NCBI GenBank assembly: GCA_964360335.1
Contig: CAYHVH010000001.1
Span: 23,426-87,425 of the forward strand
DNA: 64,000 nt
Direction: 5' to 3'
Origin: an uncultured Candidatus Saccharibacteria bacterium
Lineage (GTDB): Bacteria; Patescibacteriota; Doudnabacteria; UBA920; 2-01-FULL-46-14
The notes beneath the pieces were generated by a model, which worked only from the letters and a program-made list of their open reading frames with translations, had not been told where the DNA came from and ran no database searches. Positions within the stretch are counted from its first letter, which is position 1. Every line of letters starts with the position of its first letter. Position numbers and translations under genes: made by a program. Shown in pieces: positions 52,928 through 64,000 of this stretch.

Positions 52928-54607
52928 ATGAAAAAGTTTAACCTTGTCGTGTTCGGAACCTTGGTTGTCGTCGGGGCAATTTGGATAACGCTCAATTATT
53001 TACCCCAGCTCGTCGGTTTCATCAAGGGCATTCGGCCGGTCATCACCCCACCGCCGCGGGATATCAGCCGCCCCGGGGTCAATGATACTGACTTGCCTTT
53101 GAACCTGCCGGATAATTTCGGTATCTCGATTTTCGCTTCGGGAGTTGAGGGCGCGCGCGTCTTGACCTGGGACCCAATGGGGCGGCTGCTGGTTTCCCTG
53201 ACGAGCGAAGGCCGGGTGGTCGCTTTGCCGGACGAAAACGTTGACCATAAAGCCGATAAGGTGCTGGTGGTTACGGAGGGACTCAATCGGCCGCATGGCT
53301 TGGCCATGGACTGCGAGGGTAATGCGGCGGTCCAACAATGTAAGCTCTACATCGGCGAAACGAATCAAGTCAGTGTTTTTGATTATAACCAGAGCGAAGC
53401 TCGCGTCACTAATAAAAGAAAGTTAGTCGATTTGCCCTCCGGGGGAGGACATTTCACGAGAACTATTGCCTTTGGCCCGGACCAGAGGCTGTATGTGTCC
53501 ATCGGCTCGTCCTGCAATGTCTGCAACGAATCAGACGACCGCCGGGCCAAGATTTTCTCGATGAACAAGGACAGCAGCGATTTCCGCGAGTATGCGCGTG
53601 GGCTGCGAAACGCCGTATTTTTCACGTGGAGCTATGTGGACGGACGGATGTGGGCCACGGAAATGGGCCGTGATCATTTGGGCGACGACTTGCCGCCGGA
53701 TGAAATCAACCTTATCCGGGAAGGAGGGAATTACGGCTGGCCGACTTGCTACGGCAAAAACATTCACGATACCGATTTTGATAAAAATACCTACATTCGC
53801 AATCCTTGTGAGGAGCCGACGGAAACCGGCAGCCATGTTGATCTTCCCGCGCACTCCGCGCCTTTGGGGCTGGCTTTTGTTCCGGAAGAGGGCTGGCCCG
53901 AGGAGTATTGGTACGATTTGATTGTCGCTTACCACGGTTCGTGGAATAGAAGCGAGCCCACGGGCTACAAACTGGTGCGCGTCAAACTCGATGCCCAAGG
54001 AAATTACGAAGGGACGGAGGACTTCATTACCGGTTGGCTGGAAGGGGGTACAGCGCTGGGGCGGCCGGTGGACGTACTCATCCAGCCGGGGGGCGTGATG
54101 TATGTTTCGGACGACAAAGCCGGGGTAGTTTATCGCGTGACCTATGGGCATGATATTAGTACTCAAAGCTTCGAAGACTGCCTGGCCGCCGGCTACCCGG
54201 TAATGGAATCGTATCCGCGCCAGTGTCGGCTGCCTAGTGGAAAAACTCTAGTCGAGGACATCGGTAACGAGCTCGAGAAACAGGATTTGATTCGGATTAG
54301 CACCCCGCGGCCGAATCAAGAAGTCAAGAGCCCGCTTCTGATCGAGGGAGAAGCGCGCGGCACTTGGTTTTTCGAGGCGTCTTTTCCCGTGAGGCTTCTG
54401 GATGAAGAAGGAAAGGAGATTGCGATTGGGATCGCCCAAGCGCAAGGGGAGTGGATGACCGAAGAGTTTGTGCCGTTTGCGTTGAGTTTGAATTTTTCTA
54501 AGCCGGGAACCGCGAAAGGGACGTTGGTTTTGGAGAAAGATAATCCCTCTGGTCTCCCGGCAAATGCCGATGAATTACGGATTCCCGTGCGGTTCCAACC
54601 CCAATGA
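52928..54607 (+). CDS. PQQ-dependent sugar (glucose/sorbosone) dehydrogenase-like beta-propeller with an N-terminal TM anchor and a C-terminal Gmad2-type Ig-like domain
   Basis: GSDH-family motifs (GLNRPHGLA, LYVSIGSSCNVC, REGGNYGWPTCYG). The track start at 52913 is GTG; the ATG at 52928 (MKKFNL) is more likely. Confidence 0.65.
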   Translation: MKKFNLVVFGTLVVVGAIWITLNYLPQLVGFIKGIRPVITPPPRDISRPGVNDTDLPLNLPDNFGISIFASGVEGARVLTWDPMGRLLVSLTSEGRVVALPDENVDHKADKVLVVTEGLNRPHGLAMDCEGNAAVQQCKLYIGETNQVSVFDYNQSEARVTNKRKLVDLPSGGGHFTRTIAFGPDQRLYVSIGSSCNVCNESDDRRAKIFSMNKDSSDFREYARGLRNAVFFTWSYVDGRMWATEMGRDHLGDDLPPDEINLIREGGNYGWPTCYGKNIHDTDFDKNTYIRNPCEEPTETGSHVDLPAHSAPLGLAFVPEEGWPEEYWYDLIVAYHGSWNRSEPTGYKLVRVKLDAQGNYEGTEDFITGWLEGGTALGRPVDVLIQPGGVMYVSDDKAGVVYRVTYGHDISTQSFEDCLAAGYPVMESYPRQCRLPSGKTLVEDIGNELEKQDLIRISTPRPNQEVKSPLLIEGEARGTWFFEASFPVRLLDEEGKEIAIGIAQAQGEWMTEEFVPFALSLNFSKPGTAKGTLVLEKDNPSGLPANADELRIPVRFQPQ

Positions 54608-54876
54608 AAAGGTTCATTTATATAATCGCTTTTACGTTTTTGGGGATTCTCGTGCAGTTTATGCTGCACGCCATCCTGGAGATTTGGTATCTGCAATATC
54701 TCTTGGCGGATTTTCCAAAGTTTGGCTTCGGGCTTTCCTGGCAGCAGTGGTTTATCATTCATCACTTGAGCGCAATTGTTCTGTTCTTTGCCGGTCTGCT
54801 GTTCGGTTTTTGGCAGGGCATGTATTGGTGGGAACAAATTTACGTACGGCACCGTTACAGTAAAAAATCTTCTTGA
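54604..54876 (+). CDS. Small three-TM membrane protein
   Basis: 90 aa, hydrophobic, overlaps the upstream stop (ATGA). Confidence 0.35.
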   Translation: MKRFIYIIAFTFLGILVQFMLHAILEIWYLQYLLADFPKFGFGLSWQQWFIIHHLSAIVLFFAGLLFGFWQGMYWWEQIYVRHRYSKKSS

Positions 54877-54886
54877 AGGAGGGTAC

Positions 54887-54915
54887 TTGACAAACTTCCG
54901 GGGGCGGGTAAGATA
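54887..54915 (+). promoter_or_regulatory. Candidate rpoB promoter TTGACA-N17-AAGATA
   Basis: Read directly. An AGGAGG SD follows at roughly 54980. Confidence 0.4.
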
Positions 54916-54992
54916 GGAGTATGGACAATAGGGGAATATGGTAGAGCCATTAATTTGGCCCTCTTTGCTTTTGTAGCAAAGGAGGTATTTTT

Positions 54993-57900
54993 ATGTCATC
55001 TAAAAAAAGCCAAACCGCCAATTTACCCATCAGGAAGAGCGTTACTGCCAAGCGCAACCGCTTTACGGCTACGACGGAAGTGGTGGAACTGCCGAATTTG
55101 ATCGAGATTCAAACCCAGTCCTACCGCTGGTTTTTTGAAAAAGGTTTGAAAGAGCTTTTTGAAGAGGTCAGCCCGGTCAAAGATTTTACGGGCAAAAATT
55201 TAGAGCTGCATTTCGGACAATACTTTTTGGACAAACCGAAATTTACCGAACTTGTGGCCAAGGAGCGCAATACGACCTACGAGGCGCCGCTTTACGTTCA
55301 AGTGAAACTCTTGAACAAGGCCAAGAACAAAACCAAAACCCAGGATGTTTACCTGGGCGATTTTCCGTTAATGACCAACCGCGGCACGTTTGTGATTAAC
55401 GGGGTGGAACGGGTAGTGGTCTCGCAGCTCATTAAATCGCCGGGAGTATTTTTCAGCGCGGTTTATGGCCGCGGCCGCAACTACTATGGCGCCAAGGTCA
55501 TCCCCAATCGGGGAGCGTGGTTGGAACTTGACACTGATCTCAACGGCGTGATTGGCGTGAAAATTGACCGCAAGCGCCGAATTCCGATTACCGCGCTGCT
55601 GCGGGTTTTCGGCCTTTCGGCAGACGAAGACATTCTGGCGGCGTTTGCGGATGTTGATACCAACCCCGATCTTAAATACCTGCAAAATACTTTGGAGAAA
55701 GATCTCTCCAAAAACGCCGATGAAGGGTTCAAAGAGGTTTATAAAAGAATCCGGCCGGGGGATCTGGCCACCGTAGACAACGCGCGGTCCCTGATCGAAG
55801 CCATGTTTTTTAACTTTGACCGTTATGACCTCTCTTTGGTCGGCCGCTACAAGTTCAACCAGCGGCTCGGAGTCAAAGGACGCTCAGACCGGATTTTGAC
55901 CCGCGAAGATTTGGTGGCAGTGGTCCGGGAGATTGTCCGCTTGAACAACTCCCAGGAGCCGCCGGATGACATCGATCATTTAGCGAATCGCCGAGTGCGG
56001 GCGGTGGGGGAGCTCATTCAGACAAAGTTTCGGGTGGGTTTGGCACGGATGAGCCGAATCGGCAAAGACCGAATGAGTCTGGCGGATTTGGAAACGGTCA
56101 TGCCGGCCCAGCTCATCCACGTCCGGCCGATTGTGGCGGTGATGCAGGAGTTCTTTTCTTCTTCCCAGCTTTCGCAATTTATGGATCAGACTAATCCTTT
56201 GGCCGAGCTTGAGCACAAACGGCGGCTGTCCGCGATGGGCCCCGGCGGGCTGTCGCGGGAACGGGCCGGTTTTGAGGTGCGCGATGTCCACCGGTCGCAT
56301 TACGGACGGCTCTGCCCGATTACCACGCCGGAAGGCCCGAACATTGGGCTAGTGGCCCATTTGGCATCCTATGCACGGATTAACGAATTTGGCTTTCTTG
56401 AAACTCCTTACCGGAAGGTGATCAAAGAAGGAGAGAGGCGGCGGGTAACCAATGACATTGTTTATTTAGATGCTTACGAAGAGGGACAGTATATCATTGC
56501 CCAGGCCAACACCAGAACAGACGAACAGGGTTATTTTTTGGAAGAGCGAGTTTCCGTGAGAGTCCACGGCGAGCCTTCTCTGGCCCCGACCTCCGAGATT
56601 GACTATATGGAAGTTTCTCCCAAACAGATTGTCTCGATTACTACTTCCTTGATTCCTTTTTTGGAACACGATGACGCCAACCGGGCGCTAATGGGCAGTA
56701 ACATGCAGCGGCAAGCCGTCCCCTGTATCCGGCCCCAAGCCCCGCTGGTGGGGACGGGGGTGGAAGAAAAAGCCGCTTTTGATTCGGGCCAGATTATAGT
56801 TTGCGACGCATCGGGAACGGTGACTTCAGTAACCGGCGAGAAAATTGTGGTGACCGGCGAGGACGGGACCAAACGGGAATATCTTTTAAAGAAGTTTTTG
56901 CGTTCAAATACCAGTACTAGTATCAATCAAAAACCGATTGTCCGGCGGGGCGAGAAGGTCGTCCGGGGCCAGGCTTTGGCGGATGGGCCGGCGACCGCTT
57001 CGGGTGAACTGGCTTTGGGACAAAACCTTCTGGTGGCGTTTATGTCTTGGGGCGGCTATAACTACGAAGATGCGGTGATTATTTCCTCGCGCGTCGTCCA
57101 GGACGATCGGTTTAGCTCGATTCATATCGAGGATTTCAAGGTTGACGTCCGGGATACTAAATTGGGCCCGGAGATTGTGACCCGGGATATCCCGAATGTC
57201 GGAGAGGAAAAATTGAAAGATTTGGATGAAAACGGGGTTGTCCGCATCGGTGCCCAAGTCAAGGCCGGCGATATTTTGGTCGGCAAGATTACTCCCAAAG
57301 GGGAAACAGATCTCACGGCCGAGGAAAAACTTTTACGTGTGATCTTCGGCGAAAAAGCCCGCGACGTCAAGGACACCTCTTTGACTTTACCCCATGGGGA
57401 ATACGGCAAAGTCGTCAACATCCGGGAATTTTCCCGGGAGCGAGGGGACAAATTGCCCTCCGGCGTAATTCGCTCCATCCAAGTTTCGGTGGCCGTAGTG
57501 CGGAGAATTTCCATGGGCGACAAGATGGCGGGGCGGCACGGGAACAAGGGTGTGATTTCCACCATCGTGCCGGCAGAGGATATGCCGTTTATGGCTGACG
57601 GAATGTCCGTGGACATCATTCTCAATCCGCTGGGGGTGGCCTCGCGCATGAATCTGGGACAAATTTTAGAAACCCACCTGGGGTTAGCCGCCCATAAACT
57701 GGGATATCAAGTCGTCAGCCCCGCGCTCGACGGAGTGCCGGAGGCAGTCATCAAGCAGGAGCTTATAAGGGCGGGCTACACGCCAGACGGCAAAGTGATT
57801 TTGTATGATGGGAAAACGGGAATGCCCTTCGCCGAGAAAGTTACGGTGGGTTATATCTACATGATGAAATTGCACCACCTTGTGGACGATAAAATGCACG

Positions 57901-58292
57901 CCCGTTCGACCGGCCCATATTCGCTCATTACCCAGCAACCGCTGGGCGGGAAAGCGCAGTTTGGGGGTCAGCGATTTGGCGAGATGGAAGTCTGGGCCTT
58001 GGAGGGTTACGGGGCGGCGCATACCTTGCAGGAAATGTTGACAATCAAATCGGATGACGTGGTCGGCCGATCCAGGACTTACGAGTCTATTGTTAAAGGG
58101 GAACCAATTAAAACCCCGAACATTCCTGAATCTTTCCGGGTTTTGGTTAAAGAGCTGCAGTCTCTGTGTCTGGATGTCAATCTGGTGGGCGAAGAACAAA
58201 AGCCGGACACGGAAGGGGAAGTGCAAGAGCTGGTTGCTCCGGTTTCCGAGGAGCGAGAGAAAAAGCGGGAAAAAACCCCAGCCGAAGCCTAG
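54993..58292 (+). CDS. rpoB: DNA-directed RNA polymerase subunit beta
   Basis: 1099 aa; conserved beta-subunit blocks throughout. Confidence 0.97.
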   Translation: MSSKKSQTANLPIRKSVTAKRNRFTATTEVVELPNLIEIQTQSYRWFFEKGLKELFEEVSPVKDFTGKNLELHFGQYFLDKPKFTELVAKERNTTYEAPLYVQVKLLNKAKNKTKTQDVYLGDFPLMTNRGTFVINGVERVVVSQLIKSPGVFFSAVYGRGRNYYGAKVIPNRGAWLELDTDLNGVIGVKIDRKRRIPITALLRVFGLSADEDILAAFADVDTNPDLKYLQNTLEKDLSKNADEGFKEVYKRIRPGDLATVDNARSLIEAMFFNFDRYDLSLVGRYKFNQRLGVKGRSDRILTREDLVAVVREIVRLNNSQEPPDDIDHLANRRVRAVGELIQTKFRVGLARMSRIGKDRMSLADLETVMPAQLIHVRPIVAVMQEFFSSSQLSQFMDQTNPLAELEHKRRLSAMGPGGLSRERAGFEVRDVHRSHYGRLCPITTPEGPNIGLVAHLASYARINEFGFLETPYRKVIKEGERRRVTNDIVYLDAYEEGQYIIAQANTRTDEQGYFLEERVSVRVHGEPSLAPTSEIDYMEVSPKQIVSITTSLIPFLEHDDANRALMGSNMQRQAVPCIRPQAPLVGTGVEEKAAFDSGQIIVCDASGTVTSVTGEKIVVTGEDGTKREYLLKKFLRSNTSTSINQKPIVRRGEKVVRGQALADGPATASGELALGQNLLVAFMSWGGYNYEDAVIISSRVVQDDRFSSIHIEDFKVDVRDTKLGPEIVTRDIPNVGEEKLKDLDENGVVRIGAQVKAGDILVGKITPKGETDLTAEEKLLRVIFGEKARDVKDTSLTLPHGEYGKVVNIREFSRERGDKLPSGVIRSIQVSVAVVRRISMGDKMAGRHGNKGVISTIVPAEDMPFMADGMSVDIILNPLGVASRMNLGQILETHLGLAAHKLGYQVVSPALDGVPEAVIKQELIRAGYTPDGKVILYDGKTGMPFAEKVTVGYIYMMKLHHLVDDKMHARSTGPYSLITQQPLGGKAQFGGQRFGEMEVWALEGYGAAHTLQEMLTIKSDDVVGRSRTYESIVKGEPIKTPNIPESFRVLVKELQSLCLDVNLVGEEQKPDTEGEVQELVAPVSEEREKKREKTPAEA

Positions 58293-58305
58293 GATCAACC
58301 AAAAG

Positions 58306-61300
58306 ATGTTTCAAAAAACTTCGGAATTCAAAGCCGTCCAAGTGAAACTCGCTTCCCCCGAGCAGATTTTGAATTGGTCTTATGGTGAGGTAACCAAGCC
58401 GGAAACGATTAATTATCGAACCCAGCGTCCGGAAAAGGACGGCTTGTTTGATGAGAAAATTTTCGGGCCGGTCAAGGACTGGGAGTGTTATTGCGGGAAA
58501 TATAAACGGATTCGTTACAAAGGTATCATTTGCGACAAATGCGGCGTGGAAGTAACCCGCGCCCAGGTGCGGCGGGAACGGATGGGGCACATCAAACTGG
58601 CCGTACCGGTGGCCCATATTTGGTTTTTGCGCGGTGTGCCTTCGCGCCTGGGCTTGATTTTGAACCTCTCCGTCCAAGATTTGGAAAAAGTTATTTATTT
58701 CGCCTCTTATATTATCACCGAGGTCAAGGAAGACGCGCGGGCGGAAACATTGAACCAGATTGAAAAAGAATTCAAACTCAAGAAAAAGGAAATCGAGGGG
58801 CGTTACGAGAAGCTTTTCTCGAAGGCCAAGGGGGCAAAGCCTCCGACTGGGGCCGACCAGGAAGTTTGGGGCGCCCAGGTCGAAACCGAAATTGTGAAGC
58901 TTCGGGAAAACCAGCAGCACGAAGTTGTGGCCTTGGAGAAAATTCGCGATTTGGCCCGCTCGGAACTTAAAAGTCTCAAAAAGCTGCAGGTGATTTCTGA
59001 ACTAGAATACCGGGATTTGTCTCTGAAATACGGACCGGTTTTCAAAGCCAGCATTGGCGCCGAGGCGATTTGGCAGACTGTCAAAGACCTCGATTTGGAA
59101 AAACTGGTTCAGGAATTGGAGCAGGAATTGGGCAGAGCAGAGGGGGCAATAAGGCGGAAGATTATCAAACGTTTGAAGCTTGGGAAATCCTTATTGAAGG
59201 GTGGCATGCGGCCGGAATGGACGCTGATCACCGTTTTGCCGGTGATTCCTCCTGATCTAAGACCCATGGTCCAGTTGGATGGCGGCCGGTTTGCCGCTTC
59301 AGATTTAAATGATCTCTACCGCCGGGTCATCAATCGGAACAATCGTCTGAAACGGCTTTTAGAGATCAACGCTCCCGAAGTTATTACCCGCAATGAAAAA
59401 CGAATGTTGCAGGAAGCGGTGGATGCGCTAATTGACAATTCCATCCGGCACGGCAAGGAGGTTACTGCCTCCACCGGCCAGCGCCGAAAACTCCGCTCGC
59501 TGGCGGACATGCTCAAAGGCAAGCAGGGACGGTTCCGCCAGAATTTGCTTGGGAAAAGGGTGGATTATTCCGGGCGCTCGGTAATCGTGGTCGGGCCGGA
59601 GTTGAAACTCCATCAGTGCGGCTTGCCGAAACGCATGGCTTTGGAATTATTCAAACCGTTCGTGATTTCCAAACTGATTGCCCGCGAGTATGCCCACAAT
59701 GTCCGGTCCGCCAACCGACTGATTGAGCAGCAGCGTTCGGAAGTCTATGATATTTTGGAGGAGGTCACCAAAGACCATTATGTCCTTTTAAATCGCGCCC
59801 CGACCTTGCACCGCCTCGGCTTTCAAGCATTTCAGCCGGTGTTGATTGAGGGCAAAGCCATCCAGATTCATCCCATGGTCTGCCAGGCTTTCAATGCCGA
59901 TTTTGACGGAGACCAGATGGCGGTTCACGTGCCTTTAACCTCCCAAGCCCAGCAGGAAGCTAGGGAGCTCATGGTTTCTTCTCATAACTTACTGAAGCCG
60001 GCTTCGGGGGAGCCGATTATGACTCCCGATAAGGACGTGGTACTCGGTTGCTATTACATTACCTATTTTCGGATCGGGGCCTTGGGAGAAAACAAGATTT
60101 TTAGCGACGAACAGGAAGCCATTCTGGCTTATCAGTCCGGGGCCGTGTCGATTAATGCCAAGATCAAGGCCCGGATTCAGGGGAAGCTTTTAGAAACCTG
60201 TGTCGGGCGGATTTTGTTCAACCAGCTTCTTCCTCAAGAGCTCCAGTTTGTTAACGAGGTCACGGACAAGAAGCGGTTACGCCAGGTGGTGCGGGAGTGC
60301 TACCGCAATTTTGGTACGGAGCGCACAGCGGTTTTGATTGATGAGATTAAAAAGATTGGTTTTTCCCACCTTACCCAGTCAGGGTTGTCGTGGGGGATGG
60401 ATGATTTGCGGGTGCCGGTGATCAAACAGAAATTACTCCAAAGCGCCGACGAGGCCGTACAGCGGACCTACGAGCAGTATCAGGAGGGGCTACTGACCAA
60501 CGCGGAACGCTATAACCGGGTGGTCGAGATTTGGGCCGAAGTTCGAGACAAGATCACCGACGAAGTTACGAAGTCCCTCGACCAATACGGACCAGTTTAT
60601 TCGATGGTCGTTTCCGGCGCGCGCGGTTCCCTGTCGCAGGTTTCGCAGATGACCGGGATGAAAGGTTTGGTCGTCAATCCGGCCGGCGACGTCATTGAGC
60701 TGCCGGTCCGGGACAGCTTCAAAGAGGGTTTGAGCATTTTGGAATACTTTATTTCTACACACGGTTCGCGCAAAGGGATGAGCGATACGGCCTTGCGGAC
60801 TGCAGACGCCGGTTATCTCACTCGCCGGTTGGTGGATGTGGCGCAGGACGTGGTGGTCAACGAAGAAGATTGCGGCACGAAGTCCAGCATTGTAATTAAT
60901 CGCCAAGCGACGGCACAGATGGGAAAGACCGTGACCGAGCGGCTTTTCGGGCGAGTGTTGGCTCGGGATGTAGTTCACCCCCAGAGCCGCAAGACCTTGG
61001 CGAAACGCGGCCAGATTATCGATGATGTTTTGTCCCGGGATTTGGACAAGAGCGGGGCGGAAGAAATCTTGGTTCGTTCCGTACTGCATTGCACCCTGAA
61101 GCGGGGGGTTTGCATCAACTGTTATGGTTTTGATCTGGGTTACAACCGACCCGTGGAGCTGGGTGCGGCAGTAGGGATTATTGCGGCTCAGGCCATTGGG
61201 GAGCCGGGAACGCAATTGACTATGAGAACCTTCCATACCGGAGGAGTCGCTGGGTTGGACATCACTCAGGGTTTACCGCGGGTTGAGGAGCTATTCGAGG

Positions 61301-62205
61301 CGCGGGAACCCAAAGGGCAGGCGGTCGTTTCGGAAATCGACGGGCTCGTCTACACGTCGCGGCCGAATTCCAAGGAGCTCGTCATTCGGATCGAGGCCGA
61401 GGATTTGCAAAAAGACGAATATCTCTTGCCGCCGGGGAAACTGCCCCAGATTACCGATGGCGAGAAAGTCAAAAAGGGAGAGCCGATTTTGCTCGACCAA
61501 GAGGGCCAGACTTTAAAGGCCAAAAATTCCGGAGTTGCAAAGCTGGAAACCGGCCCAGACGGCCAAAAAAAGCTGGTGGTGATCCGGGAGTCGGAAAATT
61601 TCCGCGAATACGTGGTGTCCTCAGCCGTTACGCTACTTCTGAAGGATGGGGATTTGGTTGCCAAGGGGCAGCAGCTAACCGAGGGTAATCTCAATTTGCA
61701 TCAGATTATGCAGTTGCGCGGGATTGAAGCCTGTCAGAATTATGTTATCCGCGAAGTGCAGAATATTTATTCGTCGCAAGGACAGAATATTGCCGATAAA
61801 CACATCGAGATTATCGTTCGCCAGATATTTTCGAAGCTGCGGATTGTTGACCCCGGCGATTCCGAGTATTTGGTCGGCGATATTGATGACCGGCTGCGCT
61901 TGGATGAGATGAATAAAGAAATCGGCAAGCGGGGCGGCCGGAAAGCCCAGACCGAACAGTTGCTTTTGGGAATTACCAAAGCTTCACTGAATACCGAGTC
62001 TTTCCTGGCGGCCGCTTCTTTTCAGGAAACAACCCGGGTCCTGATTGAAGCCGCGGTCACCGCAAAAACCGATTATCTGCGGGGCTTAAAGGAAAACGTA
62101 ATTATTGGGAAACTGATTCCCGCCGGTACCGGTTTTAGCAAAGAGCGCTTGGTCAACCTGACGGAGCAGGTTACCCCCGCGAGTGAGCTGATGGCCGAAG
62201 AATAA
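58306..62205 (+). CDS. rpoC: DNA-directed RNA polymerase subunit beta'
   Basis: Starts MFQKTSEFKAVQVKLASPEQI. Zn finger CGKYKRIRYKGIICDKCGVEV and the NADFDGD catalytic motif. The track ORF's 5' extension into rpoB is rejected. Confidence 0.97.
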   Translation: MFQKTSEFKAVQVKLASPEQILNWSYGEVTKPETINYRTQRPEKDGLFDEKIFGPVKDWECYCGKYKRIRYKGIICDKCGVEVTRAQVRRERMGHIKLAVPVAHIWFLRGVPSRLGLILNLSVQDLEKVIYFASYIITEVKEDARAETLNQIEKEFKLKKKEIEGRYEKLFSKAKGAKPPTGADQEVWGAQVETEIVKLRENQQHEVVALEKIRDLARSELKSLKKLQVISELEYRDLSLKYGPVFKASIGAEAIWQTVKDLDLEKLVQELEQELGRAEGAIRRKIIKRLKLGKSLLKGGMRPEWTLITVLPVIPPDLRPMVQLDGGRFAASDLNDLYRRVINRNNRLKRLLEINAPEVITRNEKRMLQEAVDALIDNSIRHGKEVTASTGQRRKLRSLADMLKGKQGRFRQNLLGKRVDYSGRSVIVVGPELKLHQCGLPKRMALELFKPFVISKLIAREYAHNVRSANRLIEQQRSEVYDILEEVTKDHYVLLNRAPTLHRLGFQAFQPVLIEGKAIQIHPMVCQAFNADFDGDQMAVHVPLTSQAQQEARELMVSSHNLLKPASGEPIMTPDKDVVLGCYYITYFRIGALGENKIFSDEQEAILAYQSGAVSINAKIKARIQGKLLETCVGRILFNQLLPQELQFVNEVTDKKRLRQVVRECYRNFGTERTAVLIDEIKKIGFSHLTQSGLSWGMDDLRVPVIKQKLLQSADEAVQRTYEQYQEGLLTNAERYNRVVEIWAEVRDKITDEVTKSLDQYGPVYSMVVSGARGSLSQVSQMTGMKGLVVNPAGDVIELPVRDSFKEGLSILEYFISTHGSRKGMSDTALRTADAGYLTRRLVDVAQDVVVNEEDCGTKSSIVINRQATAQMGKTVTERLFGRVLARDVVHPQSRKTLAKRGQIIDDVLSRDLDKSGAEEILVRSVLHCTLKRGVCINCYGFDLGYNRPVELGAAVGIIAAQAIGEPGTQLTMRTFHTGGVAGLDITQGLPRVEELFEAREPKGQAVVSEIDGLVYTSRPNSKELVIRIEAEDLQKDEYLLPPGKLPQITDGEKVKKGEPILLDQEGQTLKAKNSGVAKLETGPDGQKKLVVIRESENFREYVVSSAVTLLLKDGDLVAKGQQLTEGNLNLHQIMQLRGIEACQNYVIREVQNIYSSQGQNIADKHIEIIVRQIFSKLRIVDPGDSEYLVGDIDDRLRLDEMNKEIGKRGGRKAQTEQLLLGITKASLNTESFLAAASFQETTRVLIEAAVTAKTDYLRGLKENVIIGKLIPAGTGFSKERLVNLTEQVTPASELMAEE

Positions 62206-62282
62206 ATTCGGTCAGCGCCAGCCCTAATTGACTTTCCTCTAAAAGCCTCTGCCAGTCCGCTTTTTCTAAAATCCGGTTCCAT

Positions 62283-64000
62283 TTATCTTAGTTGCTGAAG
62301 TTTGGCCTCGAGTTTTTCCTGGCGGTCTTTTAGAACTTCAAAGTCGGCCCTAATTTTCGCCACGACTTCGGCGGGGGCTTTCTCGAGGAAGTCTTTTTTC
62401 TTAAGTTGCGCGTTCAACTTTTCCGCCACGACAGCCGTTTCCTCGAGCTCCTTTTCGGTTAAATGCTCTTCTTTTTGAGGATCAAAGTCAGGGATAATGA
62501 GGTAAACGCGGGTGTTCTCCCAGAGAAAGTAAGGCATTTTTTTATCTCCGGGTATTGCCTCAAAGTTTACCTTAACTCTGGCGAGTTTTTCGATGTTCGG
62601 TACTTGCTCCGCAAGCCACAGCTCGGGTTTCGGGTCGGCAACGTAACAGGCAAAAATTTCGGCCGGCTCCTGGCGGTATTCGCTGCGTAAATTGCGCAGC
62701 CCCGTAATTAGTGCCTGTAACATTGAGAATTTTGCGATTGCCTGCCCGCCCAAATTTCTTTTGGAAGTTGGGGCGGGTGAAGGATATTCCTGAATCATTA
62801 GCAATTCTTTGGAGAACTGCGACCAGAGGTGTTCGGTCACAAACGGGATGAAAGGGTGCCAGAGTTTGAGTAACTGTGGGAGGATGTAGAGCAAAACCTC
62901 CTGTTTGTTTTTTTCAATTTTACTGATTTCCAAATACCAGTCCGCAAATTTATTCCAGGTAAAGTCTAGCAGGAGTTCGCCGGCCTGGCCATATTGGTAG
63001 CTGTTGAAATTTTTCTGAACCTTGGCTATCAAATTCTGCAGTTCGGCGAGGATCCACTGGTCAGAGAGGGTTTGGGATTTTAACATTTCCTTCTCCCCGG
63101 CTTTAAGAGGCGGCTTCCGGACATCAGTTGCGTAAGACAAAATGAAGCGGGAGATGTTCCAAAGCTTATTGACGAAGTTTCGATAGTTCTGGATTTTTTC
63201 CTCGGAGATTTTGGTATCGTTTCCCGGAGTGGTACCGAGAATCAGAGAAAGCCGTAGCGCATCAGTGCCGTAGTTTTCAATTATTTCCAGGGGATTTACG
63301 GCATTCCCTCTGGACTTGCTCATCTTTTTTCCCTCGAAGTCCCGCACTAAGCCGTGGAGGTATACGTGCCGGAAAGGGACATCTTCCAGGACGAAGCCGG
63401 TCATGATAATCATCCGCGCGACCCAAAAAAACAAAATATCATAGCCGGTTTCGAGGATGCTGGTCGGGTGGAAGATTTTCAGGTCCTCGGTCTCCTTCGG
63501 CCAGCCGAGCGTGGAAAAAGTCCAGAGACTACTGGAGAACCACGTATCCAGGGTATCGGGGTCTTGGCTAAGTTTGGTAGAGCGGCATTGCGGGCAAAGG
63601 GTGGGCGTTTCAACCTCGACGATTGTTTGTTGGCATTCTTCGCAATACCATACCGGAATGCGGTGGCCGAACCAGATTTGTCGGCTGATATTCCAGTCCC
63701 GCAGATTTTCCATCCAATTCAAGTAGACTTTGACAAATCGCTCGGGGATGATCTTAATCGCCCCGCTGTTGACGGCGGCCGTGGCAATTTCTTTGAGGGA
63801 GGCCTGTTCATTTATTTGTAGCAGCTTACGAAAATTTTGATTTTTGATATTTAATTTTTGATTTACATTTATGAACCACTGTTTGGAAATAAGGGGTTCC
63901 ACTATTGTGGCGCAGCGGTAACAAAAACCGACATTGTGGGTGATATCCTCGGTTTTCTGCAGGAAGCCGCCGTCAGTCAAGGCCTTGGTGATTTTTTCCC
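62283..64000 (-). CDS. valS: Valyl-tRNA synthetase, C-terminal part (gene continues beyond the window)
   Basis: KMSKS (KKMSKSRGN), anticodon-binding domain, and a C-terminal coiled coil. Confidence 0.9.
   Translation of the reverse strand, partial: EKITKALTDGGFLQKTEDITHNVGFCYRCATIVEPLISKQWFINVNQKLNIKNQNFRKLLQINEQASLKEIATAAVNSGAIKIIPERFVKVYLNWMENLRDWNISRQIWFGHRIPVWYCEECQQTIVEVETPTLCPQCRSTKLSQDPDTLDTWFSSSLWTFSTLGWPKETEDLKIFHPTSILETGYDILFFWVARMIIMTGFVLEDVPFRHVYLHGLVRDFEGKKMSKSRGNAVNPLEIIENYGTDALRLSLILGTTPGNDTKISEEKIQNYRNFVNKLWNISRFILSYATDVRKPPLKAGEKEMLKSQTLSDQWILAELQNLIAKVQKNFNSYQYGQAGELLLDFTWNKFADWYLEISKIEKNKQEVLLYILPQLLKLWHPFIPFVTEHLWSQFSKELLMIQEYPSPAPTSKRNLGGQAIAKFSMLQALITGLRNLRSEYRQEPAEIFACYVADPKPELWLAEQVPNIEKLARVKVNFEAIPGDKKMPYFLWENTRVYLIIPDFDPQKEEHLTEKELEETAVVAEKLNAQLKKKDFLEKAPAEVVAKIRADFEVLKDRQEKLEAKLQQLR

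Noticed and set aside
53531-54166. 211-aa minus-strand ORF inside the PQQ-dehydrogenase gene
   Set aside because: It is an antisense shadow ORF.
58054-58305. 5' extension of the rpoC ORF overlapping the end of rpoB
   Set aside because: The conserved beta' N-terminus starts at MFQKTSEFKAVQ (ATG about 58306). The upstream frame only mirrors rpoB's coding sequence.

Overview
This 64 kb window is mostly dense housekeeping sequence around the chromosomal origin of a small-genome bacterium. The origin layout is clear: dnaA, dnaN, recF and a DUF721 gene run on the minus strand, and rpmH, rnpA, yidD, yidC and jag run divergently on the plus strand. Other core genes include murE, ruvA, uvrB, rpsT, polA, ruvB, ruvC, yebC, gyrA, rpsA, tyrS, rpoB, rpoC and a partial valS. 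There is a compact sugar-phosphate cluster (tkt, glpX, a DUF2090-type aldolase, tal and an archaeal-type PGI/PMI) and cell-envelope genes (PBP1A, O-antigen ligase, flippase, GT1, FemAB, VanW, PilB/GspE ATPase). Three tRNAs are present. Gene content resembles CPR/Patescibacteria-like organisms, though that is inference. Standard genetic code; TGA is used as a stop.

The most striking feature is a family of short GC-rich palindromic elements. They have a GCGACCTCTCC / GGAGAGGTCGC-like terminus and an internal CTCCCCA-(CGCC)-TGGGGAG hairpin. They sit in frame inside at least seven essential or housekeeping genes (murE, the FemAB-like gene twice, polA twice, ruvC, tkt two to three times, tal, pgi) and at several intergenic sites. 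Each in-frame copy adds a 15-57 aa Pro/Gly/Glu/Arg/Ser-rich loop. This is analogous to the Rickettsia palindromic elements.

A second intergenic repeat family (TGTCATTCCGG...CCGGAATGACA) has three copies. An accessory-looking islet at 15.7-19.2 kb carries a duplicated 36-bp terminator hairpin, an orphan GTP-cyclohydrolase-II-like gene, two TrmB-family regulators with palindromic operators, and an outer-membrane beta-barrel-like protein. Other notable items are a tRNA-Ile with a UAU anticodon, a GGDEF cyclase behind a long structured leader, and an AT-rich hypothetical gene interrupting the carbon-metabolism cluster.

Hand-derived coordinates are approximate (about +/-2 bp).
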